From Felis catus (lineage: Eukaryota): a stretch of DNA of 64,000 bases. The position numbers and the translations under genes were made by a program. The stretch lies in the NCBI RefSeq assembly GCF_018350175.1, contig NC_058368.1, positions 14,758,001-14,822,000 of the forward strand, given 5' to 3'. Shown here in pieces: positions 24,844 through 37,243 of this stretch. The stretch's first letter is position 1. Every line of letters begins with the position of its first letter. The notes under the pieces were generated by a model. That model had not been told where the DNA came from. It saw nothing but the letters and a program-made list of their open reading frames with translations, and made no database searches.

Positions 24844-25129
24844 ACCCTTCTCTATTTTAGAAGGAAAGGCTGGACCAAGAAGTGGAAACCTTGGGAGAGC
24901 CAGGAAGGCTGATCTGGGTTAGCAGGGCCTGTGAAGACCCAGCTGAGTTGGGGGAAGCCCCCTTTGTGACTTTCCAGATTGATCTGGACACCTCTGCTCA
25001 GGCACTGGCAGCCTCCATAGGACAGCAAGCCAGCCAATGCCCTCAGCAAAACTGCAAACTGCAAAACTGCCCTCTTCTTCTTTCTGAAATCTAGTCACCT
25101 TTCCTAAAGTCCTTCACCCCTCATCTCTG

Positions 25130-25330
25130 GACAGCATTCTGTCATTTCCTTCATAGCACAGGTGACAATCTGAAACTATCTTGTTTACTTAATTTGTTGC
25201 TTGCTTATTGTTTCCTTTCCCAATAGATTGTAAGTTCCATGAGGGCAGGAACCTGGCTCGTGTTGTTCAACCAACACCCTCAGCATCCAGACTAAGGGCT
25301 GGCATAGAGAAGAATAAGATAAATGAGCCC
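25130..25330 (+). mobile_element. L2 3' end fragment
   Basis: gattgtaagttccatgagggcagg...ggctggcatag is a typical L2 terminus. Confidence 0.65.
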
Positions 25331-26288
25331 CTTGCTTACTCCCTGCCTCATCCTGTTCCTACTGGGGAATTCACAGGTACAATGACCTCATGATTCCCTC
25401 AGGCTAGTCGAAGTCTCCCCATCAGTCCTGGCCTCCAAGATGCCTAGGGTTTTCCACATTAGTGTCTGTGTTGTTTAGGAAAGATTAATACCACCCCCAG
25501 CACCAGAGGCAGGCCTTGATTAGCCAAAGTCAATCATCATTTTCTCCCTGCACACTGTGGACATAGACATGTAATATAATTTAGTGCGATCAGAGAGAAG
25601 CTCAGGAATTTTGTTCAATACTTGGGGAAAGAGAAGCTTCCCTCCTCCGCCTTTCTCCACAGCAGCTGGGAATACACAAGAGCCCTGGAAGCTCTTGGTG
25701 GCCACCTTATTCTCATGAGGTCCCAGATGGCACACACAAGACAACAAAGTCAAGAGCTTTTTGAAGAACTCAAGCCACAACCCTGAGACCTCATAAACCT
25801 CTGGCTAAAATCCACCCTGAGGGCCACTTCTGGATTTTCCACTTAGGTAAACTCATGCATTCTCTTGCCTGTCAATGGTGGAATTTCCTGATTCCTATCC
25901 CAGCCAGAAGGTTCATTTCCCATTACAAATTCCAGCAAGGTATCATTTAGCTAACTGAATTAAGCACAATGCAAATGATGTTTAACTCTCCCAGAATACT
26001 TTACTTAAAAATTGAAACAAATACATACAAATGTGTTTCATTGTTCTTCTTTTCCTCCCTAAACCACCATCATGGCTAGCTTCCAGGACCTCTCCACCCT
26101 TCCCAATTACCTCTTGGTCCAAAGAGGAGAACAGAATCAGTATTGCAATCACACAGCATGAATTCCTTTTTTCACCTTTGGAAGTAAGATTCATGAAAAA
26201 CAAAGTCACTGGAGTAAATTTAAGAAGTAGATGTTTTCTAATTTTCACCTTATTAGTTGGTCAAATATCCCACTTATTTTTAAACAAT

Positions 26289-26381
26289 TTTTTTAAATCT
26301 CCACCCCTACTGGGGGGCTTGAACTTACAACCTCAAGATCAAGAGTCACACACTCCACCGAATGAGCCAGCCAGGCACCCC
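26289..26381 (-). mobile_element. Short old carnivore SINE fragment
   Basis: gggcttgaacttacaacctcaagatcaagagtcacac...gagccagccaggcacccc. Confidence 0.8.
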
Positions 26382-28265
26382 TCAAGTAACTCACTTTTAA
26401 AAATCAAGGAACAACAGAATTTGTCTTGTGCTGTTTGTTGAATAAATACCAAACTGAATCAAAGCAATGCATAAGAAATATATTTAAAGTGTTAAAAGAT
26501 TTCTAAGAAGAGAATGATTACTTCTGACTTGAATGAAGGTTTGGAAAGACATCACAGATGTTGCATTTGCACTAAATCTTGAAGGACAGGAATGAGCGAG
26601 AGGCAGAACTCAAGGAAAATTACAAAGCCCGGACATATACCTGGCAAACTGCAGGTGGCCCAGCTGGATACGAACACACAGCATGTGCTACTTGTAGGTA
26701 GAAAACTATTGATAAAGTGTAGAAATGTGTGTTGAGAGTATACTACGCAGGACTCTGAAGTCCTTTCTCAATTCAGTTGTCCCTGAGAACTCATTGAAGA
26801 ATTTTTAGCAAGACAGTCACAAAACCAGGGCTGGGGTGTAGGAATGATTTGGCAGTGGCCTGAAGAATAATCAAAGGGAAAAGCCACAGAAGCCTCAACA
26901 AAGGGTAGTAGGGAGGTTTTGTGGACACCAGAAAGGCTTTTTCCCCACCCCCCTGCTGCCAGCCCCCAGCAGGCCAGAACTCAGAGGAAACCAGGACTCA
27001 GGCTCAGTGTAGGTTAAAAAGCCTTTCGTGAACTAGTCTGGAACCCTTACCATCACCCTTAATGTCAAATCTACAAAAAAACAAGTTTTGTGAGTTTTTC
27101 TTTTCAATTTTCAAAAGAACAGCCTAAAACCAAAATTTTAGAGATTACCAACTTACAGGTTGATGTTGTCAGACTTAAAGATTAATATTATTATTTAAAT
27201 GATCTTTTAACTTTAAAAATAACATTTCTAAGAACATTTAATTTTTCCTCTACATACTAGGGCTGCTATGGGATTGTAGTCTAGACAGATTCACACCCTT
27301 AAAAATGAGCTTTTGAGCTTAAGATCTTAAAATAGAACTGTGCTAACATTCTAATACAACTCAGGAAGGAATAATGGTTAGAATAAGCTTTGTTTCTCTT
27401 TTCCTGATGAGGTCTGAATTAGTAGGAGACAGATAATACAGAACACAGGAAATTATGGCAGGAAATATGATGTATTATAGGTATTGGTATAAAAGATCTA
27501 AGACATTTTGAATAAGGCATAAAAATTAGGAAATCTCAGCTAATACTATGTTTCATTTCTCAGTAGAAGATAAGAGATTTCTTATCATTCATACAGGTCA
27601 GGCCATTTTGTTATTCAAATCAGGCAGAAGAAAATTTGGGGTGAAGGACAGAGTGAAGAACATGGTGAAGAACATGGATTATGCTAATTCTAAACTAAGT
27701 TAGACAATAAACCCCTCAATTTGCCTTTTCTTATGGTCGTATAATTCGCGGGGGGGGGGGCATAATGTAATTAATAATTCGTGGGGGCGTAATGTAAAGC
27801 ATCAACTCCTATTGTTGATCTAGCAAAAAAAAGTGGGGTTTTTTTCTTAACAGTTTTGTGCTGAGAGATATTCAGATGCGCAGATTTTCTTGAACGAGAA
27901 ACCATAGAGCTTTTGCAGTAAAAAATACATATCTCTTCCAAGTATTACAAAAAAGAAACTGTTTACAGAAGTTTGCATATGTATCTCAGTGAGAAGAGAC
28001 TGGAGCTCCTGAGTTGTCATGAGTACTCCTGGTAAAAATGTTCTATTGTGTCAGCACAAGACAACACATACTTTCCATATCCTACTCCAGCAGCTATTTT
28101 ATGCTGCAGAAAAGGAAAAGAGGCTGAGGAATGGACAACATGGCTGCCGCATTGCCTGGCTCTGACCCTCGGCAGCCGGCTTTCCTGCCAAGGCTGGCCC
28201 AGCGAGGCGTTCTGGACCGTACACTCAGGAATGTTAGTGCTCCTATTGAAACATCTACAGCTTCT

Positions 28266-28717
28266 TGTTGAAAAGAAAACCACAGGCCCCAAATAGTGTC
28301 AATTAGGCAAAGTCACCAAACCACGGTTTAATACCTAATCTAACAGCACTTCTAACCTCCCCCAGAAAGGTAGTCTTAACTGTCAGTGAGGAATTTTCTG
28401 ACTAGCCTCAGTGAAGTAATCTGCCACATGGGCCCTCTCCCTGCCCCAAATGAAGATGAGGTAATTTGCAGGATAAGACCCCAGTTCTCCCTCCTGAGGG
28501 AAAGTGACCTTGCCTAAAACAATCCTTTCTTCTCCTTTACTAATAACTCCCCTCCCCACCCTCGTTCCTATGAAAACCTTCCATGTTGTACAGTTCCTTG
28601 GAGTTCCCCTCTACTTGCTAAATGGGATGCCACCCAGTTCATGAATTCATTAATAAAACCAATTAGGTCTTTAAATTTACCCAGTTGAAACTTGGGTTGT
28701 TTTTTTTTTTTTTAGTA
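28266..28717 (+). mobile_element. Solo LTR, MER34/MER39-like ERV1
   Basis: TGTTGAAAAGAAAACCACAGGCCCCAAAT start; cctatgaaaaccttcc TATA region; AATAAA near 28652; T-run plus decayed terminus; 4-bp TSD-like ttct/ctct. Confidence 0.7.
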
Positions 28718-28844
28718 CTCTCAATCTCATCTCTCTCCAAAGGGGGAGAATTAGAAATATTCATTAGAAAGTAATATGTGCATATGAAACTGAAGACCCA
28801 GTATTTGTGAAAGCCTCACCTACCCCGCCCCCCAGCCCCCACAC

Positions 28845-29070
28845 AGGTTCAAAGCGTGAGCCCTGGAGCCAGGCAGGCCTGTTGGGAATCCTGGCTCTCC
28901 ACTGTGTGACCTCAAGTAACTCATTTGCCTCTCTAAGATTTCCTCCTCTTCAAAGCAGGATAATGCCAACGTGTAGCATTCGGGGTGGGTTTTATGAGAT
29001 CGTGTGTATAATGAAGCAATGCCTGGCACACTATAAACCTTCAATTAACTCCAGCTATTAATTGTTATTG
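28845..29070 (+). mobile_element. MIR
   Basis: ctggagccagg...aatcctggctc..ctgtgtgacctcaagtaac...tgcctggcacactataa core and tail. Confidence 0.7.
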
Positions 29071-30299
29071 TTTTGGGGTTTTTTTTTTCCACAAAGGGAA
29101 AGGATGCCAAAGGCGTTATAGGAAGGCATCTGGCAGGGATTTTAAAATCAAGGGTTGCGGAAGGAGGTGAGTATTGACAGATTCAGAGGGCAAGGAGGCA
29201 TTCTGGGGGAAAGCTAGTCTGCTCTTCAGGGAGGGTGAAATGATATACATAAACCACTCCAGACTTCATTACTCCTTAAAAGAAAACAAAATCTCCTCTG
29301 GGAATGAGACTTGGCCACCCTGCCCAGAGACAAGCTTTTGCATCTAGAGCTCCACAGGGAGAAGCTTTCACCATCCAGCACCATCCTCCCTAGGCTCTCA
29401 CTGTTGCCCTGTCCCACCTGTCATTTTGCTTCCTTTGCCTTGGTAAAGACACCCGCACCCATATGCTTCTCCTTTGTCTTCTCCGGATATTATTTTCAGA
29501 GCTTACAGCAGAGCTACTGACCCCAGTGCACGGACCCAGATCCTCTAACAGGGTTTGGTTTACTAGGATGACAAAACTGGACAGGCGAGTCCCTCATCTG
29601 TCTGTAACCTACTTTCGGATGCAAATTACATGCTGTAGAAATCAGCAATAACAAACCAAAAGGCACTAACAGGCAGCACAGTGGTTAAAATTACCCTGCA
29701 GAGATCAAGACATTGTTATATCTTTTAAAATCCGTCTATGATCTGCCTCTTTACAGGAGATGAATGAAAGAGCATGAGGGACAAAAGAATTTGATAAAAA
29801 CCGAGGTATCACTCAGCTTGAGTATGCACAATGTTTTTGTCTGGTCACTAGGCATTTGAAAGGGAACTATCGATTTTGTGCCTAATAGAAAGAGAGAGTG
29901 TCCCCAAAATAATCTGAATATTTCTTTCCCTTTTTCCTTCTTTCCTTCCATAATGGAAATAGAAAAGGTTGACAGCCCTTCCTTAAAACAGACCATTTCT
30001 TAAAGGACCTAATCCCTCTCCAATCCCTCAGATCTCTCTTGGACAGATCTATAGAGAAAACTAGCAATGCAGAAACCTTCTGGGGGGGGTCATGTTGCCC
30101 TGTGGCAGCGTCCTCCTGAACAGAAGGAGCAGTGAAGACTTTAATGTGGCAATGAGCCACTTTAGGGAACAGGCCACAAATTGGTGAGGATCAGGGTTGG
30201 GGTAGGGAAGGTGGTGAAGAGTATATTGTCCACACAAAAATGCTATCTCTGTGCCTCGTGCTATTAATCACTTTTGTTTTTAAAGAAATTAACAAAAGA

Positions 30300-30510
30300 G
30301 GGGTGTCTGAGTGGCTCAGTCAGTGGAGCATCCAACTTCGGCTGAGGTCATGATCTCACAGTTCATGGGTTCGAGCCCCGCGCTGGGCTCTGTGTCGACA
30401 GCTCAGAGCCTGGAGCCTGTTTTGGATTCTGTGTCTCCCTCTCTCTCTGCCTCTCCCCTGTTCGTGCTCTGTCTCTCTCTCAAAAATAAAGAAACATTAA
30501 AAAATTTTTT
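30300..30510 (+). mobile_element. CanSINE
   Basis: ggggtgtctgagtggctcag...gggttcgagcccc...caaaaataaagaaacattaaaaa. Confidence 0.92.
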
Positions 30511-32374
30511 TAAATATTTTTTCATTGGTTTTCTTCCTAACCATCTTCTCAAACAAATTATTTTTAGTGGAGACACACAGAAACAGGTTATATTCATATC
30601 CCCTTGGCCATCACAGTTTTAATTTGCCCACTAAATCACTTTTTTTTTTCTTATCTTAAAACTCTGGCAGCCTAGCATCTCCTCACAATGTGAAGCAAAA
30701 ATAGGATAAATATAATTCTTGTTATAAATTGTTGCCAAGTGATTGTACCCAGCAAAAACTGTGATACTGGGTGTGCGAGAATTTCAGAAATGTTGAAAAA
30801 GTCAAGGCTCATGCTTCTAGGAAAATAAGGTTACAGAAAGATGGCACAATAAAAGAACATGTTGGCTAGAAGTTTGTCATTTAGAACAACACTTGTGATT
30901 GGCAGGTGACCAGTGCATTCAGCCCATCACGGCACTGACCAGACGAAAGGATGAATTTTCCTTTCGATTCTAGCCTGGATTATTTTTATTCCAAATTGGT
31001 AATGTCAATTTAGAAAAGAGGATGGAATTTTTACGGAAGAAAAAGATATATTAGCAAAATTATTGTTAGTGAAAATATTAACTTAATATTTTCTGAGGTT
31101 GCTAAATTCAAAGTTGCTTATGAGTTGTCCCATAAATGAACAAACAACGACAACAACAACAAAACCCACAGGAATTCTTTGAGCGCAAGGATCATAGCTT
31201 CTTCATTTTTATATCCCCAGCACCCAGTTTTGTGCCTGGCAAATAGTAAGATATCATAATTGAATCAAATATAAATAGGAAAGAGATTACTTGAAAGGTG
31301 AAGATAACTGGAGAGAGCCAGTGATTTTAGAAATTTTTTTATGAGGCCCTAAGCAGCAAATAAATACTGAAAAGAAACATTTACGGTTGCATTATGCTTT
31401 GGAATCTCTACTAATTGTACCCAAAATTTCCCATGAGGAATTTAAATGCTCTATTCATTGAATGAGAAAGCATAATAATAAGTTAAGCCTAAGTATAATA
31501 GTATCATATTAAGAAATTAAAGCAATTCATTGATCCTTAGAACATATCACTACTTTTGCCGATGGAAGAAAAAGAAAGATTTTTTTTCAAAGTCACAGAA
31601 ACTCAATAGTTCTAGGTCAACAACAAAAACCGTGCTGAAGGAAGTAAGAAGTGCTTTAAAACAAATAAGCAAGTAAATCAAGGGAATTTGATTTTAAGAA
31701 TGGGAATCGGGGGTCGCAGGTCAGCGCACCCCTTACTCAAATCTAAACTTCAGGCTCTGGGAGATGTGGTGTCCGTGGCCTTCAGGTCTCAGTTGGGAAA
31801 TGAACTGGCAACTGTAGGGAAGGCCACGCTGAACTTCCAGAACCCCAGGAAGCAAAACCCTAAGACTCCCAAGGGCAAAGAGAAACAAAACATCCATAGA
31901 AACACACACCATAAATAATCTTTGCACTTGAAATCCAGCATCATGAAATCCAGTCACTCAGCCACCAGGAGCGGGACACACAGTAGATATGAAGAGTGGA
32001 TTACACCACGTGGGACTTCCAGTAACTACTGGTTCCTCCAGGCAGCTCTCTTCCCTGCAACCCACTGGCTAAGCTTGTCTCCCCATCCCTGAGTCTTGGG
32101 ACTCCTTCTCTCTCCTGTAAGATGCCTAGCCCGCCTAAATTTAGCAAGGATGGTCAATGGTCAATAATTAAGCAAAATAATTAAGCTAAATAAATTTAGC
32201 ATAGAGTCGATGGTCAATAAAGTTTCGCTTCATCCTCCCGTACTACCTTCTCCTTTCTCTTTGATCTCTTACATCCCTTCTTCAGTTATGCTTCACTCCT
32301 TCCCTTCCTCTATGGCCCTCTAGATGCCCTTTCCTTAATAGGCCAAAGTATGAAACTAAAATCAAATCATGTGT

Positions 32375-32595
32375 GGGGCGCCTGGGTGGCTCAGTCGGTT
32401 GAGCATCTGACTTAGGCTCAGGTCATGATTTCACAGTTTGTGAGTTCGAGCCCTGCATTGGGCTCTGTGCTGACAGCTCAGAGCCTGGAGCCTGCTTCGG
32501 ATTCTGTGTCTCCCTCTCTCTCTGCCCCTTCCCCACTCATGCTCTGTTTCTCTCTGTCTCTCAAAAATGAATAAATGTTAAAAAAAATTTTAAAA
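32375..32595 (+). mobile_element. CanSINE
   Basis: TSD aaatcatgtgt at 32364-32374 and 32596-32606. Confidence 0.95.
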
Positions 32596-34674
32596 AAATC
32601 ATGTGTGTTTGTGTTTGAATGATGGTGAAAAAAAAAAAAAAAAAGATCATTGGATTGCCTATAACCAAAACAGCTACACTGGATACTGAGGCAGGGTTTT
32701 GTTTGGTTTTCTTTGTGTGGTTGTGGCCCGCAGTTCATCTGTTCACATTTCCTGTGGTCAGTGGCACTTCACAGGGGTGACACCCAGTGCCCCCGATGTG
32801 GAAGCTTTCAAACCGTCCCCACCCTGCCTCTAAAACAGAACACTGGTGGGAATTTAGGAGATGGAGGGCAAAGCTGCCAGGAGGAGGCAAGGCAAAAGAG
32901 CAAGAGAGGCAAGCCTGGTATGATGGTTTTCTTGTTGTTTTCAAATTCAGCACAAACTGAAAACAACAAGAAATGAAAGCTTATAACCTGGAGACTTCAT
33001 TTGAATCCCAACTGCACGACCCTCCACCCATATGTTTCAAGTACCATGGTAACATGGCATTTTTAAAGTAATTAGGGATCCTGAGAATATTTTCAACAGA
33101 GATTAGCATAGCGTTTCATATTGGGAGTCATCAGTAGAGAGGTGTTCTCTACATGGCTGGAGACTGCCCAATTGGCCTGACATACATCTCAGAATTTGAG
33201 GAGATTTCCAGAGGATGAGGTAGCGTAGCCAGCTCATGAGCCTGCCAGCTCACGCTCCTTAAAACCAGACAGATGAGAAAACAAATAGAGACCATGTCCA
33301 AATCCTGCCATGGATCTTTCTTCCCTTCTCTAAACATTCTTACAGTCAAACGCTATGCTTGTTCTTAATAGGCATACTAAAATGTAATAATTCCAAGTGA
33401 CTAGCAAAAAGAATGAACCCATTCTATACCCTCATAGAACCCATATATGACATTTTAATTTTTCTTTCTAAAAAAGCATTGAATAGATTTGTAGTAAGTA
33501 GACTCTTCTCCCCAAATCAAGATATAATTTGCACCTAGGTTTATGATCAAAGAAACATTTAATTGTCACAGGTGGCTGCAATAAGATTTACTGCTTGGCA
33601 GTAAATTGTCTAGGAGATCGTACAGATTCCAACCTAAAATGTGGAAGAGTGAGGATGTCTGTGGGGGAGATTTGTCAAGCTTATGTGACAGAAAAGAGTA
33701 TTCCAAACATTAAACTGATAGATGAAACACAAAGAGGTGATTGATTTCCAATGTTGTAATTTATACTCACTTGCACTGGTAACCTTCCCATGGACTGGAC
33801 TCTTGCCATACTTCAGGCAAAGTGGGAAAATAAAACTAGTTTCAATTTTGAAGAGCTTGGATTCCAACTCTATCACTTACTATCTGTGTTCAATCATTCG
33901 ATTGGTTCAACAAACATTTGTTAAGCAACTACTGTGTGCTAGGCACAAGAATTAGAGCAACGAATAAAACAGGCACCAACTTTGAGCAAATTTCTGTGTC
34001 TATTATTGGCGTGGCAAAATGGGCACTAATGGCTGGCCTTGCATACTTCACAGGTAGTTGTAAAACTCAAATTTAATTTATTTATTTATTTAGTTAGTTA
34101 GTTAGTTAGTTATGACCATTCTGGTAAAGGCTGATACAATGCAATTTCTCCTATTTAATTAGTTGACTTATAATTTGTCAAAAGAACCAAAAAAGAAAAC
34201 TTCTTTCCCAAGAATTTCAAAAATACGTAAACAAGTTCAGTTGCTGATTTCAGTTTTAAAAATGTCTTTTTTTTTAATTTAGAGCTAATGGATTCATTTC
34301 TTTGGGAATAATAAATATCCCCTTCCTTTCACTCAGGAATGCTTCTCTGGGCTTATAGTAGCATCTTGGGCAGTGACCGGTACCAGTTCTCTGGCTCCCT
34401 CAATAAGCCAAAGAAGTGAAATCCTAGTGATTTCAAAGGTTTTAGTTTTTGTTTTTTTAGCAAGGGATTCTTTCCTCAAATCCTGCGTAGGCTCAATGTT
34501 AAGACAGATGCCACCAGTGGGACTGCTCTGGCTGAAGCGGAGGGGCTCCTTTTCACTGTAGGCTCTGAGGCTCTTCCTGGAACCCTAGGGATCCCAGAAT
34601 CAGTTTGAAAATCATTCTCCATTGCTAACGCTCAGCCAGACTCCTCTCTTTTTCCTCTTCTTCCAGAATACATT

Positions 34675-34890
34675 ACAGTGTCATGGTTAAGAGGGTAGGC
34701 TCTGGAGTCAGGTAGCCTAGATTTGCATCTTGGTTCCACCAGTGTGTAGTTTACCTTCTCTAACTTTGTACTCATGCTCTGTAAAATGGGGATGATGATA
34801 GTACCACTCTTATAGGGTGGTTCATCCATGTGAAATGCTGAGCACAGAGCCTGGCAGATAAAATGAACTCATTAATCACTAGCAATTGTT
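34675..34890 (+). mobile_element. MIR
   Basis: atggttaagagggtaggctctggagtcag...ctgtaaaatggggatgatgatagtacc. Confidence 0.75.
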
Positions 34891-35649
34891 TTCCCCTTCA
34901 AACCTACCCATATGGCAGAGCCAGATTAATTTTTATAAATTACTGCATTCCATGTGTCATCTCCCTGTTTCAAACTTTGTAATGTTTTCTCTCTCTGCTA
35001 TTACACACTGAATAAATGATTAACCCCTTATTGTAGTATGTATGTGTCCCTGTGTGTATATGTCAATCTATATCTATAACTATGTGTACACCTATATATC
35101 TTCTATCAACCTTCTATTATCAACTTGCCCCATCTTTCACACCATAGACCTGTCCTTCATATGTCCATGCCCTTATGTATTTGGAGCATAACCATTCACA
35201 GAGCATGTGGAAGGAACTAGCCAATGAAGTGTGTTACAATATTTGATTTGGATTCTCTAAGTAAATAAGAAAGGCAGAATATGTAAAAGGAGAAAATAGC
35301 AGCCATGTTGGGTAGAGTGTTCCTAAATTAACAGCGAGAACAAAAGCTTAAAGACTTTAGGCTGGAAAAGCTGGAAGGAGCATTCCTAAGGAGACTGAAT
35401 TCAGAATTGGAAGGAATATGAGCAACATGGAGAATAATGCATGGCGGTTGTGGAAGAACCTGATGAACTTTATAGATGGGGGCTAATTAGAGACAAGCTT
35501 TGGCTCATGGAGGGCAAGGAAGATGGCCATGTTTCTACACACCATGGTTCACTGAAAGCTTCCTAAAAGGGGAATGGTGTGGTCAAAATTGAGTTTGAGG
35601 GCCACCAATTTGTGTGTAGAAGGAACTGGGGTGGGAAGTAGGAGGAGGA

Positions 35650-36525
35650 GGGACACCTGTTTGAGGGGCACCTTGACCCACTGTCTCCCACACATATAAA
35701 GCTGGAGGATGTCTTCTTCCCACTTGCTCCTCCTATGCAACCTGTAGCAGTGAACAGCACCACCACCCAAGAGGCACAAGCAAAGAAACTGCCAGTGGTC
35801 CCTGACCCCTTTTCTCTCTCACCCCTTACATTCAATAAGTCACCATGACCACTTGCTTCTATTTTTACACTAACAGCCTTATAATGACCATCTTATGTGC
35901 CATCTGACTGGTCATCCTGTATTCACTCTTCGGTCCCTCCATCCATTCTTCATCCATTCTACTTCCAGAGAGATCTTTCAAAAATGTAAATTCAATCATG
36001 TCATACCCTGGTTCTTATTGTTCTCAAGATGTTCCAAATCATTAAAATGGTTTTAGAAGATACACCACAGCCTGGCTCTAAATTCATTTCTTGCCACTTT
36101 TTCTCCAGCCATTCTGTATTTCTTTCCCTTCCTCAATTCTGGTATTGAAACATGCTTTCTCTCCTCCTGAAATCACTTGATATCACCCCATCTCCACCTG
36201 CCCCCCAACACCATACCACACCCAAAGCCACACACTCATCCACCTCGGTGGCCTGGCTGACACCTACTACTCCCTCAGGTTTCAGTTTACATTCCACGTC
36301 CCCAAAGAAGCCTTTCCTAAACCCAGACATTAGGTTCATTCTGCATGGTCTCAGAACCCTTGTATGTCCTTTATCATAGTATATATTGTTCCTACAGTTA
36401 TTCATTTAATGCCTGTCCCTCACACTAGACTTTAAGTTCCATCAGGCAAAGACCATGTGTTTTATGTAATATGGTAGCAGCCTCTAGAACAGTGCCTAGA
36501 TCAACAGATGCTTGCTGAATGAATG
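35650..36525 (+). mobile_element. L2 fragment including 3' end
   Basis: ...cagagagatctttcaaaaatgtaaattcaatcatgtc...actagactttaagttccat...aacagtgcctag...tgctgaatgaatg. Confidence 0.65.
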
Positions 36526-37033
36526 GAGAGAGGAATAAAGATCACGTAAGAGGCTCCTGCAGTGACTCAGAGAATGAAAGAAGAATCGAAAGATATTTGG
36601 GAAGATAACAGGGATGGTGCTGATGACTGGGAAGGAAGCAGAGGGAAGGCCACAAGACAGGACAGGGATAAAGTTGCCAGTTACAGAACTGGGAGAAATT
36701 GGTATTAATGACAGCAGCAGACTTCCAGACTAGAAACTGATTTTTGGAATTTAATATGTTGGGTCAGACGTTAAAAATGAATACAGGAGTATTGTGCCCA
36801 CCACCTTGAATGCTTCATATGACCTCATTAATGAAGATGAACTCTACCCAACAAAAATCTTTTTCAAGGCTAGAAACCCTGCTCTGCCCTTGAAACAAAA
36901 AGCTAGGGTTTTTGTTGTTTGTTTTTTTTTCTAATTATGACTTGCGATGAATCAAGCCTCACTTTCAAACTCTGTTTCTCTTAAGATCCTTATGAAAGAA
37001 AGTGTCAGAAAAAAAAGAACCACATTTTAAAAA

Positions 37034-37243
37034 ATGTTTTTTAATGTTTATTTATTTTTGAGAGACAGAGACAGAGCACGAGTGGGGTTGGGGCAGAGAG
37101 AGAAGGAGACACAGAATCCAAAGCAGGCTCCAGGCTCTGAACCATCAGCACAGAACCCAACACAGGGCTCGAACCCACAAACTGTGAGATCATGACCTGA
37201 GCCGAAGTAAGACGCTCAAATGACAGAGCCACCCAGGCGTCCC
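37034..37243 (-). mobile_element. CanSINE
   Basis: 15-bp TSD accacattttaaaaa at 37019-37033 and 37244-37258. Confidence 0.95.
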
